From Felis catus (lineage: Eukaryota): 64,000 bases of DNA. This document shows, in pieces, positions 1-13,027 of this stretch; position 1 is the stretch's first letter; every line of letters begins with the position of its first letter. Location of the stretch: contig NC_058368.1 of the NCBI RefSeq assembly GCF_018350175.1, positions 56,608,001-56,672,000 of the forward strand, in the 5' to 3' direction. The notes under the pieces were generated by a model, which did not search any database, had not been told where the DNA came from, and worked only from the letters and a program-made list of their open reading frames with translations. The position numbers were made by a program, and so were the translations under genes.

Positions 1-29
1 TATGGTGCTATGTTTGGGGCAATTTTTTT

Positions 30-246
30 AAGTAACTTAAATATATAGATATATATAAATAATAATGTTAATTAATTAATTTATTTTGAGAGAGAACACA
101 AGCAGGGGAGGGGCAGAGAGAGAGGGAAAGAGAGAATCCCAAGCAGTCTGCACACTGTCAACACAGAGCTCGATGTTGGGCTCAAGCTCACTGCAAGATC
201 ATGACCTGAACTGAAATCAAGAGTCGGATGAATCCCAGGCACCCCT
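30..246 (-). mobile_element. CanSINE (older carnivore/felid SINEC)
   Basis: Reverse complement of tRNA-like head (...CCCAGGCACCCCT at 234-246), (GA)n tract and T-rich tail. Confidence 0.9.
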
Positions 247-1003
247 GGGGAATTATTTTTTTATTGAAGCAATAGAAAACTAATATATTGGGCAATATAG
301 TTTTCCAGGCATTATAAGCAAGGTACAGAATTGTGCATGTTCCTAGGGACATAAGATGGATGGTGAGATTGAACAAGGTGGATTACATTTATAAAAATGA
401 ATGGAAAGATGGCTGAAAAGTCTTCCAAAGGAAAAGACAAAAATGAATAAAAAGAATTCCACCATATTAATCCCAATTACATCCCTTGAATGGTAACAGC
501 ATTTGTTACTTCTAATTCATTTATTCCTCACAATGTTGTCGAATAAATATTCTCTATCTAAAATTAAAATTTTTCAAAACCATAGTACTTTGCATGGACT
601 GCGGTGAAATATGCATGGAATGGGTTCATTAAATACATTAGAATAGCAAACACTTTTGCTGCTTTACTTTTACCTTATAACAAAAACTTTTCCTCATTGT
701 TGTGTCATCTGCTCTCCACTTCTGTTTTTGTTCCTTATATCTTCTTTCCTTTCATTCAAACAGTAATGTGATTTTGACCCAGTCTTTTTTATTGACAAAA
801 TATTATAACGTAGGGCTCATTTCAGTTCCTGAATCACTAGACACAATTAAACAGCAATAATGTTCAAATAAAATAATTGGAATTAGAAGTTCAAAAAGAA
901 AATAATCATACTCAACTAAGTATATAACATTTTTGAAACCAGTTGGGCATTCATTATTGGAAAGAAATAGTCAACTTATGTGATAGTAAGTGATACATAT
1001 GTG

Positions 1004-1105
1004 TGAACCCCCCACGCACATTTACATTTACATATGTATATTCATATATGCAATTTATATATATACATATATATATGTATATACACACATATGTGTACAT
1101 ATTTA
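1004..1105. repeat. Degenerate (TA)/(CA) low-complexity microsatellite
   Basis: Runs of TATA/TACA/CATA. Confidence 0.8.
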
Positions 1106-4100
1106 TTTTTATGTTTTTACTGAATTACCTAAAAGAAAACATGGTTTTCAGTTTTACACGAATTATGTTTCATTGTTGCATATTCTAATTTATATTAAGG
1201 TTTATAATTTCTTTTCAACAGAAATATTGATTTTGGGTTATGTTGATTGGCCAAGTTAATGATAAAAATGGGAAAAAAAGAATTCAAATTATTAAAAATA
1301 TATTATTAATATTATTAAATTTTCACATTTTACTTAGCACTATTTAAGAATAATGTTACTCTCCACACACTTTGATTTATCATTCACCCTTTGTGCTGAA
1401 CATTAATAAGGGATAGCAGAATGGAGTGATACAGGTGGCAAAAAGTGTCAGGAGTATTTCAGTTCTTGTGAAAAGTAATTGTAAGAGAAGTACTTTTAAG
1501 ATTTTAGACAATTAGATTTTGTTCTTCAGTGATCACTCTTTGTCAGTGCCATAAGAAAACCTGTATAGAACAAAATTGATAACCCAGGATTTTCCCCAAT
1601 TCTTCAACCATTTCTTCATGTCAACTCCACATTTCCACAGTCTAAATACTTTAGGGATTAATTTTCTCTTCCAGTTCATAAATCCAAATTAAAGAAGCAT
1701 CCCTTCAGAGGAAAACAGCTCTGTTAGAAATTCCAGCAGCAACTGATTTTATTGTTCATCTATTTGTCATGTGTCCTTTAATAGTTAGAAAGAAGAACTT
1801 GTGATGGGTCAGTAAGAGTTATATTGCTGTAATTGATTTATTACATTGTTATTACCTTGTTTCAATAAGTGCCCTTCTCTAATTGCCATAAACAGCATTC
1901 ATTACTATTAATTTGAGATTATTCTTGGGTTCATGTGAATTATTGAAAGAGATCTGGGTGTAGGGTTAAGAACACATAAAGCACTCTATTCTCAGATCTT
2001 ATCTCTGTGGGATTTACGTAAAGTACATTGAACTTAGCACATAAAGTAAAAATCAAAATGTTACTTAGCCTTCAGCTAATAAAAAAAAATATCCCAGAAG
2101 ATTTCTCAGTTAAAAATAAGGAGTTTGGACTTTCAAATCAGAGTAAGACAAACACATTTTCTCCACAAGATTCATATGTTGCAATAGTGGCAGACTTTTA
2201 GACATGTTTTCAATGTTGGTATCAAATGGTAGGCTATCAAATTAATGGACAGTGAAGATTATTTTCTATATTCAAAATTTGCTGAAGGGCTTATATAGGG
2301 AAACTTTTGCAGATGGGATTTTAATAATCAGATAAGTATATTTATACAAGAAAGATTTATAAGTATGTATAAAGGGGTGAAGAGGCAATAGAGTCAAAAG
2401 TATTAACCATTCAACTTGAATACATAGAATAATGAAAACTGTTGGGTCAAAAAGACTTCAAATTTTCTTGGTTAGAACATCAAAGAAAGTCTATTATTGC
2501 CTAATCAGGTGAAAAAAAATTGTGAACCTGAATAAAATGTTTAGGGCATTAAGACCTCTATGTCAAGAGGTCTTTATTGGTCAAGAACCAATTCAATAAA
2601 GTTGAATTCAGACACAAGTGTAACTTTTGAGAAAAAAAAAATTATCCAATGTTTTTCATTTTTATTGTCATATCTGATTAAAAATAATTATGGTTTAGGA
2701 GCTATAATTAATTTAACCCCACTTATCCAGAGTTATCCAGAACTTCTTGATCTGCATGGTCTCTTCCCTTGTGAGATTGTTTTAGATCAAATTTAGTCCA
2801 ACATTTAGAAAACTAAATAAAAATAACCATTTCTATATTACTTAAAAAATTCTCTCAATAAGGAAATTAGGGGTAATATTTTTGTTTCCTTTTCAATGTG
2901 GCATTCAATTAAGAATCCTTTCATTTCTATATAATTCATCAGTTTAAGGAGCTGAACATCCTTAGTATGATGAGAGCACTACTTACTGTTCAGAGGCTTG
3001 TTTTTCAATCTATTTTACTGAAGACAGGACAAAGAGATGAATAAAATGTACATTCAAAATAAATAATTCCTTCAGCTATATAAATGTGCCAAAATGCCAT
3101 GGTGATTTTTATAATACAATTGCTGCAAAGGGTGCTGAGATTATTCTCCCCCCTTCTTTTTGTCCTACTCACATAGTCCTGTTCAATTTACTCTGTCAGC
3201 ATGTTAACAAAAATCAAATGAACAAGAACCTGATGTTCTGAAGAAAGCATTTAGAAAGAGACTGGAGGTTTTGCTGTCTCAGCTGGGAGGTGTGGCATAT
3301 ACCCTTCTCCAGTGATCTCTGACTGCATTTGGACTGTCAAGATAGTGGTGGAAGCCAGGAACATCTTCACCATCTGTGCTTGGCATCTGCTTTATAGAGT
3401 GACTGCCAAAGGAGAAACAGCTTCTTTTAGTACACACCTCAGTGCCATTTTCCTACCTTTTAACTCCCCATGAGGTTACATTACAGAAGACTTGGCAGCA
3501 GAGTAGTGCACCAATTGAAAATGTAAGAATTGTACAAAATTCAGCAAATCTCCATTTTAGAGGAAGTATTTGCTGTCTGGACACTTCTAGGCATAATCCA
3601 TTTGCTAAACTTCATACATTTACCTAAATCAGATACTGTAGTTTGACAAAAATATTATTTTCTTGAAATGCCGTGAATAAAATTTATGCATGAGAAGGGA
3701 TAGGTTTAAAGCCTAAATTAGAAAAAAAATCTGAAATAGTTTGAATGCAACAATTTTAATAATTATGGGTACTGAATGGAAGGGACTGATTTCATTATAT
3801 CATTTTGCTTTATTGGATAACTTCTAGTATTCTATAATGTAGATGGTATACATAGAAATAGTGAATAAAAATGAGGAAAAAAAGCTAGATAAACCTTGAA
3901 GTAAGGAAGAACATAAAAGTATATAAATGAAAAAGCCTACAGCCTATTTTTACCCTATATATATTCAAATCAAAATCTATTCATATGCACCTATGAATGT
4001 TTACGTAAATATATTAACATTGAATATTCACTGTGCTTAAGACATTGTGTCTGATGTTGCCATTGACACAAGCGCTCCTTGTACACACTTGAATGGGTCC

Positions 4101-4464
4101 ATAGTCTGTGATGGGAGAAGCCTTTTGTATGAAATGATTACTGAAACATTATTTAGAGTTGTTTGCACCCATTGAGTGCTGGATAAATATTTTTGAATGA
4201 CTATACATAAGTTAATAACTGTTCTCAGGTAGCTTACAACCTTATAAAGGAAATACATATATAAATAAACTTAACACAATCAACTTTTGAAAGTTATTAC
4301 TAAATCACAAAAACTTCCTATTATGTTTTCAAAAGTTAGAAAATTCATATATACTTGAAGTAATCAGAAAGGTAGTATTTTAGATATAATTAAAGAATGT
4401 ATTAGAAAAAGACAATAGGAAATATTGGGAGTATCTTGTGTACTGAAGGAATTAGAAATATTTT

Positions 4465-4680
4465 GGGGCGCCTGGGTGGCGCAGTCGGTTGAGCATCCGA
4501 CTTCAGCCAGGTCACGATCTCACGGTCCGTGAGTTCGAGCCCCGCGTCGGGCTCTGGGCTGATGGCTCGGAGCCTGGAGCCTGTTTCCGATTCTGTGTCT
4601 CCCTCTCTCTCTGCCCCTCCCCCGTTCATGCTCTGTCTCTCTCTGTCCCAAAAATAAATAAACGTTGGAAGAAAAAAAAA
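4465..4680 (+). mobile_element. Young felid CanSINE (SINEC_Fc1-type)
   Basis: GGGGCGCCTGGGTGGCGCAGTCGG head, CpGs retained, (CT)n, AATAAA, A-tail; TSD TAGAAATATTT at 4453-4463 and 4681-4691. Confidence 0.97.
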
Positions 4681-5183
4681 TAGAAATATTTAATAATAAC
4701 TCGCCTGATTTGACTGATCCATTACATATGGTAATGCATTGGGGAATGGCAGTAAATAATACAGGGAAGCTAATGTTGTATTATACACTGTCCTCAGTAC
4801 CTGGATTAGGAATTGTATATGATTAGATGAGAAAAGAAGGGACGTGATGAATCAATAGCTGAACCAGAGAAGTATTATTAGTAGCACTTAAAGATTAAGT
4901 CATATATACAGGACAAATTGGAGAAAAGATACTGCATACAGGAAGACTGAAAGAGATAAAAGCAATGATAATGAGGGATCACACTAAGGTGGTGGCTTTG
5001 GGAATAAGGTGGATTCAAGAGAAGTCATTTTGTAAGTGGAATAATACTGGATCCCCTTGAGGTCTTTCTTGTCCTACCAACATATCTAAGCACTTATATA
5101 ATTCCAAAACTCTTGAATATTTTTTTGAGTTAACAGAAAAGGGAAATCACCCCATCAAAATAAAAATATTTAAAATGTGTTTT

Positions 5184-5350
5184 GGGGCTCCTGGGTGGCT
5201 TAATAGTTTAGGCGTACAACTCTTGGTTTCTGCTCAGGTCATGATCTCACGGTTTGTGATCTAGAGCCCTGCACTGGACTCCGCACCGACGGATTTGAGC
5301 CTGCTTGGGATTCTCTCTCCTTCTCTCTCTGCCCCTACCTGCTCATGCTT

Positions 5351-5384
<34 letters not shown>

Positions 5385-5416
5385 AAAATAAATAAATAAA
5401 CTTAAAAAAATAAAAA
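5184..5416 (+). mobile_element. CanSINE (older subfamily)
   Basis: GGGGCTCCTGGGTGGCT head, GCCTGCTTGGGATTCTCTC, (CT)n, A-rich tail. Confidence 0.93.
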
Positions 5417-5589
5417 TCCTTTTTTGGCATCTTACCTTCCCTCTTAGGTTTCACAGTACATATTTCTTTGATCTCTCTTCTTTCTTTACTGTTGTCAGAT
5501 CATCTTTTTCCAAAAAAAAAAAAAAATCTTGTTTTCGCAAATAAAACTGTTTCAAAGGTATGTAACTTCAGGGGAAGTATAGTACTTTT

Positions 5590-5814
5590 TTTTTTTTTTA
5601 ATTTTTTTTTTCAACGTTTATTTATTTTTGGGACAGAGAGAGACAGAGCATGAACAGGGGAGGGGCAGAGAGAGAGGGAGACACAGAATCAGAAACAGGC
5701 TCCAGGCTCTGAGCCATCAGCCCAGAGCCCGATGCGGGGCTCGAACTCACAGACCGCGAGATCGTGACCTGGCTGAAGTCAGACACTTAACCGACTGCGC
5801 CACCCAGGCGCCCC
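5590..5814 (-). mobile_element. Young felid CanSINE (SINEC_Fc1-type)
   Basis: Reverse complement of the 4465 element type; TSD AGTATA(G/A)TACTTTT at 5576-5589 and 5815-5828. Confidence 0.97.
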
Positions 5815-7355
5815 AGTATAATACTTTTATAGTTCTATTTGTCTCATGAAAAGAAACTTCTCCCTCCAATCCCTGACCCTAGAATTTTGGTGAATGAATT
5901 TCTACATTTACAAGTATATAAGGGCAGCCTTCATATGAGGTTGATGAAAATAGAAAGGAAAATCTGTGACCTGTATAACCACTTGATTGTCTATATTACT
6001 CCACTCCAGTATCTAATGAATGAGCTACCAGGGTTATTGTGTTGCCAGATATTCTGATGAGTTGTATTTTAGGATTCAAAAAGTTATTGGACAAAGTTCA
6101 AAGCACAAAGTACTTAATAATTATTAACTATTATAACCATTTGAATTCCTTCTCTTATTGTTAGAGCCAATTCTCTTAACTAGCTTTTTCCAAATATGAA
6201 AGTAGTTAACTCTATGCTCATCTCCCTTCAGTTTATTTGCTGTAATATTTATTTGGTCTAATCCTGGAACTGTTTCCCTAAGAATTTTATTTGATGTTTT
6301 TATTTGTATTTTCCCCGAGAATTTTAAACAGTGTTAGTAAGATGTTCAAATTGAAATGCCCGTAAATCAATAATATAAGAAAAACGTGTAGAAAATTGCA
6401 TAAGGAAAACTCAAAAGAGATATTGGCTGTGAAAGCATTTGCACAGACAGTGGGAGCAGTGGATGGGCTTGCCAGGGAAAGTGCAGCTACATGTAAAAGA
6501 AGGAGGGAGGGAGAGCTAACAAGCAGAGAGAAGACTGACTTTTGGAAAATGTCTAGATTTGAGTAAAAAGAATGAAGCTAATGAGGAGAGTTACGATCAA
6601 AGGAAAACCAAGAAAGCACAGTGATTAGAGAACCTGGAGTAAAAATAGGTAGTTGTTATGATCCATGGCAGAAGAGTGGATGGGAAAATAGATATATTGA
6701 GGAATATTGCATTGATTTTTCCCCCCACTATTATAGAGAGGTCTGAAACCAGATATCTATGAGTAAGTTAATTAAGAACTGAGCTGTAGGTTGTTGCTGC
6801 TATTTAAAGAGGTTAGGAAACAGGTAAGAGGAACACTACCACGAGATGTGAGTTCCAAGTCACATGATTTAAACCACACAGAATCTGCATTACCAGTGAT
6901 GAGGAGGAATAGAGGGCACTGGTCCAAACACAGGTGAGCTTTTAAACTACATGGCCTTTAACATTTTTCTTATCATAATACTATATAATTCTATTCAATA
7001 AGGTCACAAGCTAGAAGTGTGAATATGTAGTAAGTTCAAAGGTCATGACGTTTCCCTGAAGTGTGTTCATTCTAGAAATACTTGCTATGGAAGAATTACT
7101 TGAGTCAGACTCTATTCAAGAAACTGTGAATATGGTGGCAAATAATATGAATAATGTATGTGTCTTAACGGAATTTACATGACAGTTGGGAGGCATTTCC
7201 AGAAAGTAAAGTAGTAAAATTACATATTAACAACATTTTGGATATCAATATGTGATATGAAGCACATGAAAACAACAGTATGACAAAAAAAACAAAAGAC
7301 TTGGATGAATAGAATCCTACTTTTATGTAGATAATTGAAAAATACCTTTGAAAAA

Positions 7356-7556
7356 GGTTTATTTTTGAGAAAGAGAACACATGTAACAGGAGCAAGGTGG
7401 AAGGGGGTGGGGGAGGGGGAGGGGGGGATTGAGAATCTGAAGCAGAGAAGCCCAGTGCAGGGCTTGAACTCTGAGTCATCATGACATGAGCTGAAGTCAG
7501 ATGCTTAACCCACCTGAAGCCGAATGCTTAACCCACTGAGCCATCCAGGCGTGCCT
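7356..7556 (-). mobile_element. CanSINE with internal 23-bp head duplication and G-rich tract
   Basis: Head ...GAGCCATCCAGGCGTGCCT, TTTATTTTTGAGA tail end; duplicated CTGAAG..ATGCTTAACCCAC. Confidence 0.88.
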
Positions 7557-8129
7557 AAAAAATGACTTTCTTGAATGGTGACACCGCCTAGAAACTTGAA
7601 GCTGGGAAGGGAGCTAGCTGTGAAAAGAGTTGTAGGAGGAGAGTTTCTATCTGTGTAATCTGCACATGGAATGACCCTGAGCTCGGTTTGTGGGAAATAG
7701 ATAAAAGCCAATGCTGTGGATAGTCATAAGTAAAGGAGAAAGTGGTAGAATATTGGTATAGTACTGATTAGACCATTAAAGAGGAGAGATAGGAGATGTC
7801 TGCAAGGGTAGAAATAACTGATGAGAAAAATGCAAGAAAAAATCAGGTGGGTATTGAGTGAGACTAACCTTTAACCTATAAAGATATGAGGAACATTTAA
7901 TTGAGACAAAAGTGCTTTTGAAAGAGAGATTGAGGATTTGAAGATCAGTATTCACATCATAAACCCAGTTATATACCCAGTGGAATACCCAGTAAAATAG
8001 GGAGCAGTCTCTGAGAAGGAGGGGAATAAAGAGAGATTGGCTACCTAGAAAGGGAAAGTAAAACACATTTGGATCATTTTCTCAGAAAATGGAAAAGTAA
8101 ATAAAAAGTTATGTATTTCCATCACCAAT

Positions 8130-8265
8130 TAAAATTAATTTGTACATTACATAAACACTTACTAAGCATTTGCAGTCTATGAGATTAGGGATGAGACACT
8201 GGGAATATGAGAAATAATGTGACCCCTCCCATTGAAGTTCATACTTGGGTAAGAGATAGCACAGT
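8130..8265 (-). mobile_element. Probable L2 3' end fragment
   Basis: Loose resemblance to recalled L2 3' end (AAACACTTACTAAGCATTT...CACTGGGAATA). Confidence 0.45.
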
Positions 8266-9503
8266 CTGGAGTACCGTGAGTCTGTAGTAGATTCATCAAC
8301 ATAAATTTATAAATGTATCCCATAAGTCATAATCACATAAATAACAATAAATATCTTTGTTTCATTCTGTTCCACTAATAACAAAATCTTTAGTGTGTGC
8401 ACTCTGGAATTTTGCATTAATAACAGTTTGGAGAGTAATACATAACCATAAATTGTCCTCAGGCCTGTAATTTGCTGTGTTGACAAACATAGAAACTGAT
8501 AATGCAGAGTGAATCATAAACATTATCTTGAATTAATGCAGCTGCTTGCTTTGATATGCAATTATTTGTATTCATTTATCTTACTAAGTCCTATTAAAAT
8601 ATGTAGAAACATATGGAGTTTTCTTTGATCCTCAATGTCTATGTGTGCAATGCCAGTAAACACTAAATTAATGTACAGATAGATACATAGGACTAACTCT
8701 GAACTCTGATGTCTTAAGAAGTTGAGCTGTACTCTTTGTCAGCTAAAGTGCAGTGATACTAAATGTCAAATATTTTGTGCAAAGTTGTATTACTGTTCAT
8801 CCTTGGCTGGGTCAAGAGTAAATTGTTAGCCAACACCTTGTAGGGCCTCCTAATTAAATTCTTTATTAATTAGTGTGCAGTAAAGATGTTCGTATTTCTG
8901 TATGAATCCATCACTACAATTTTGGCTTCCAATGTGCATTTTATTAAGTTATTTAAATATTTTAAAATATTGGAAATGGGCTTACATAGACTACACATAT
9001 CCAACTAATTATGCCCAAAATAATCTTTTTCCCCAACATTTTTTTTCTTGCCAGATCCCTCTCTACCATTTGTTTATCCAAAACTATAAAGGCATAAGAG
9101 ATTTAAAAAAAAAACAAAAAAAACATATTTTAAGCTTACTAAAAAGCAGTGAGTCTTTTGCCAAAATCCCAAATTTCTAGCTCCAGAATTTTCTCCTGTG
9201 GTTCAGTAGTTCCAATTTTCAGTTGGACACCAAGATGTTTATATCATGAAGCACTTTAAATTTGTCCTGTACAGAATCTGATTAAATTATTCCTTTACCC
9301 AATAAAACACAAAATATATAAAAGTCCTGATTTATCTCCTGTATATTCTTTCTTGTCAAACTTCTTATTAGGTAGCTACACAGCACATGCAACTACAAAC
9401 CTAAAAGTCATTTCTATATTTTCTTTATTATATCTCATTCAACCAATTAATTGTCAAGGGGTGTGAATGCAGTTTCAAATGTTTACTCAAATGCCCTTTG
9501 CTT

Positions 9504-9725
9504 GGGGCACCTGGGTGGCGCAGTCGGTTAAGCGTCCGACTTCAGCCAGGTCACGATCTCGCAGTCCGTGAGTTCGAGCCCCGCGTTGGGCTCTGGGCTG
9601 ATGGCTCAGAGCCTGGAGCCTGTTTCCGATTCTGTGTCTCCCTCTCTCTCTGCCCTTCCCCTGTTCAAGCTCTGTCTCTCTCTCTGTCCCAAAAATAAAT
9701 AAACGTTGAAAAAAAAAATTTAAAA
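9504..9725 (+). mobile_element. Young felid CanSINE (SINEC_Fc1-type)
   Basis: Full head-to-tail element; perfect 15-bp TSD AAATGCCCTTTGCTT at 9489-9503 and 9726-9740. Confidence 0.97.
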
Positions 9726-10146
9726 AAATGCCCTTTGCTTATAGGTACACTTGTCTCTATTTTAATGCAAACCCCAGGCCTTTTTGGATCCTGACGATAG
9801 CACCCTATCCTGTGTCTTTTTTAGCTTCCAATCTCATTCCTGTTTGATTACTAGTTTTATCTTATGAAAAAAAACTTACTTCTTGATTTAATAATTTCAA
9901 ATTTTGCTTATAATAGTCAAGAGTCAAAAATTCCCTTAATTATTAAATCCGAATTTGTCTACATGGATTTGTGTTACATTGGAAACCTAATGTTTTGTAC
10001 ACTTACTATTGCAAATAAGATCAGTTTTTGGAAACTGATTTTCTTTCCTATGTAATTTTTGTTTTTATCTTCTGTTGATTCTTAGAAGGGTATGGAGACC
10101 ATATATATGGGAACCACTTGGGGTAGGTTTGTCAAAAATAATACTT

Positions 10147-10842
10147 ATATTACTTTATTCTTGTTGCTATAAAAAATTACCACAAACTTAATGGCTCAGA
10201 ACAATACAGATATATTTCTACGGTGAGATTCCTAAAATCAACATGTTGGCAGGGCTGCATTTCTTTTGTTTTATTTATTTTTGAGAGAGAGTGCATGTGG
10301 GAGGGGCAGAGAGAGAGAGACAGAGAGAGAGAGAGAGAATACCAAGCAGGCTCTGCACTGATAGTGTGAGACTTAAGCTTAAGCTCACAAACCATGAGAT
10401 CATGACCTGAGCCTAAATAAAGAGTCACTTGCTCAACTGCCTGAGGCACCCAGGTGCCCCAGAAGGGCTGCATTTCTTCTGGAGGCTCTACAGGAGAATC
10501 TGTGTCCTTGTCTTTTTCAGCTACTAGAAGCCACCTACATTACCTGTCTTCAAAGCCAGTAGTGTAAAAACCCCAAATCTTCTCTTCCTGTCAACCTTTC
10601 TTTCCCTCACTCTGTCTTTGTCTCTCCTTTCATCATCAATTTTTTTCCAACTCTGTCCACTCTGCCTACCTTTAATAAGGACATATGTGATTATATTATG
10701 TCCATCCAGATTATACAGGACAGTTTTTCCATCTTAAAACCTTTAATCATATCTGCAAAGTACTTTTGACATGTAAAGTAACATAATCACTGGTTGCAAG
10801 GATTAGGACATAGGTAGCTTTGGAGAGGAAGCATTATTCTGA
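10147..10842 (-). mobile_element. MaLR LTR (MLT1D-like), interrupted by a CanSINE
   Basis: AAATTACCACAAACTTAATGGC, GGAGGCTCTACAGGAGAATC, TCTTCAAAGCCAG, ATCTGCAAAGT..CATGTAAAGTAACAT..GGATTAGGAC..CATTATTCTG match recalled MLT1D reverse complement. Confidence 0.82.
10266..10460 (-). mobile_element. CanSINE inserted in MLT1 LTR
   Basis: Head ...CACCCAGGTGCCCC; TSD AGGGCTGCATTTCTT at 10251-10265 and 10464-10478. Confidence 0.93.
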
Positions 10843-10879
10843 TTTAAAAAAATATATTACAACACTCCAGTAATCAAAA

Positions 10880-11750
10880 GTCTGGTGCTGGCATAAAACC
10901 AGACATATAAATCAATGGAACTGGATAGAGAACCCAAATAGTCACAAATATATGGTCAGCTGAAGCCTTACAAGAGTGTCAAGAATTCACAATGGGGAAA
11001 ATATAGTTTCTGATAATAGTGTTGGATGAACTGAATATTCACATCAAAAAAATTGAAACTGGACCCTTATTATACTACATATTTTAAAAATGAATTCAAA
11101 ATGGATAAAAGACTAAAAAAAACCTTAAACAATACAACTCTTAGTAGAAACGTGGCTTCTAGACACCAGATTTGGCAATGATTTCTTGGCTATAACACAA
11201 AAAGCATAGTTAAGAAAAGCAAAAATAGACAAATGAGACTATATCAAACTAAAAAGCTTCTGCACAACAAAGGAAACAATCAACAAGATGAAAAGGCAAC
11301 TTACAGCATGGGAGAAAATATTTGCAGGCCATATATCTGATAAGGAGTTAATATCCAAAATAAATAGAATTTCATCCAAATCCGTAAAAAAAATAAAATA
11401 AGTAAATAAAAATAAAAGAAAAAAAAAACGATTAAAAAATGGGCAAAGGATCTGAACTGACATTTCACCAAAGAAATCTTCCAAATGGCCATCAGATTTT
11501 GAAAAGGTGCTCAGTATCACTGGTCATCGGGGAAATGTAAATCAAAACCACATGAGCTATTACTTCACACCTATTAAAATGACTGTTATCAAAGAGAGAG
11601 AGAAGTGTTGACAAGGATGTGGAGAAAGGGCAATCTTTGTGCACTGTTCGTGGGAAATTAAATTGGTGGAGCCACTATTGAAAACAGTATGGAGATTCCT
11701 CAAAAATTTTTAGATAGAATTACCATTCGATCCAGTAATCCCACTTCTGT
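10880..11750 (+). mobile_element. LINE-1 fragment, 3' part of ORF2 (decayed)
   Basis: TGGCATAAAACCAGACATATAAATCAATGGAA, AAAAGCTTCTGCACAACAAAGGAAACAATCAAC, CCAGTAATCCCACTTCTG are typical L1 ORF2 motifs; frame broken. Confidence 0.92.
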
Positions 11751-11991
11751 CTACCAAAATGATCCTGAGGAATTCACTTCACACTATAGAATCAGACTCT
11801 GAATTTGAAACGCCAAATCTACATGTTAACCCTCCTGTGACTCTTGAAGACTTAATCAAAAACATTTGAAAACAAAGATGAAAACTTGGAATATGCAAAA
11901 GAAAGAAAGAAAAGAAGAAAGGGAATCTTGATGGCATTCCAACATTTAATTTTAATTCATTTTAATGCTTTTTTGGCATCTGGATACTTTT

Positions 11992-12004
11992 TAAAATGTC
12001 TATT

Positions 12005-12060
<56 letters not shown>

Positions 12061-12225
12061 CTGGGGGGGCAGAGAGAGAGAGAGAAGGATACAGAGAATC
12101 CCAAGCAGGCTCCACACTGTTAGCACCAACCCTGATGTGGGGCTCAAATTCATGAACCATGAGATCATGACCTGAACTGAGATCAAGAGTTGGACACTTA
12201 ACAGACTGAGCCACTCAGGCACCCT
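11992..12225 (-). mobile_element. CanSINE with long (GA)n
   Basis: Head ...CCACTCAGGCACCCT; flanking CATCTGGATA repeat at 11977 and 12229. Confidence 0.93.
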
Positions 12226-12589
12226 GAACATCTGGATATTTTGTAGAGCTGAGTTTTACAAACAAAAACTTGAAACTAATAAAAAACACTATAATTTCTC
12301 TTTAAGCTAAATTTTCTACCATAATTTACTTTCTTCCTTTTCATTCAATCTATACTTAATCCATTTTGGATGTCTTGCCGTACTGCAAAAATGCCATTCA
12401 GTTTTATACATCCATACCTTTGTTCTTATTAGAATGCTATTCATTCAACTTGAAAATTTCTTTTTACCAATGCCATTTCAATCTTACTTTACTTTTGAGT
12501 ATCTCCTAAATCCTCTGGAACATAAACAGTAGGCCCATTTTGTATTCTCTTATGTTTTTCTGTTGCCTTTAGTTCTCCAACAGAGTATC

Positions 12590-13027
12590 TTCTCAGGGTT
12601 TCTAATAGTTTCTATAACTTCTTCTATAAGAAGATAGGATGTTTCTTTCCAGCTCTCCTTTTTTTTTAATGTAAAAGATTAATGCATACTTTTATTTTGA
12701 GAGGGAGTGAGAGAGGAGAGGTAGAGAGAGAGGAAGAGAGAGAATCCTAAGCAGGCTCTGCGCGGTCAGTGTGGTGCTTAACTCAGGGCTTGATCCCATA
12801 ATCCATGGAAATCATGATCTGGACCAAAATGAAGAGTTGGACACTTAACCAACTGAGCCACCCAGGCGCCCCCCCTCTTTTCTTTGTGAACCCTCACCAG
12901 AACTTCCCTTAATGTCCATATTACCTGCATGCCCTTCAAAACTCCACCAGCCTCTACTCCATCCTAAAGCCACTTCCATATTTTTAGGCATTTGTTATAG
13001 CAGTACCTGGCTCTTGGTTCCAAAATC
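12590..13027 (-). mobile_element. MaLR internal sequence (start of MLT1A-type -int), interrupted by a SINE
   Basis: Minus strand reads GATTTTGGAACCAAGAG..TGCTATAACAAATGCCTAAAAATATGGAAGTGGCTTT directly after the LTR, like MaLR internal 5' ends. Confidence 0.7.
12660..12872 (-). mobile_element. CanSINE
   Basis: Head ...GAGCCACCCAGGCGCCCC, GA tract, T tail. Confidence 0.92.

Noticed and set aside
2551..2574. 9-bp hairpin AAGACCTCT/AGAGGTCTT (similar 8-bp stems at 15111-15135 and 21728-21756)
   Set aside because: Short stems without supporting context are expected by chance in 64 kb of AT-rich sequence.
4465..4545. tRNA-like A and B boxes
   Set aside because: SINE heads derived from tRNA, not tRNA genes.
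4402..4683. Recurrent ORFs such as MNGGGAEREGDTESETGSRL and MAQSVKHLTSAQVMIS
   Set aside because: Translations of CanSINE sequence; they recur at many SINE copies.
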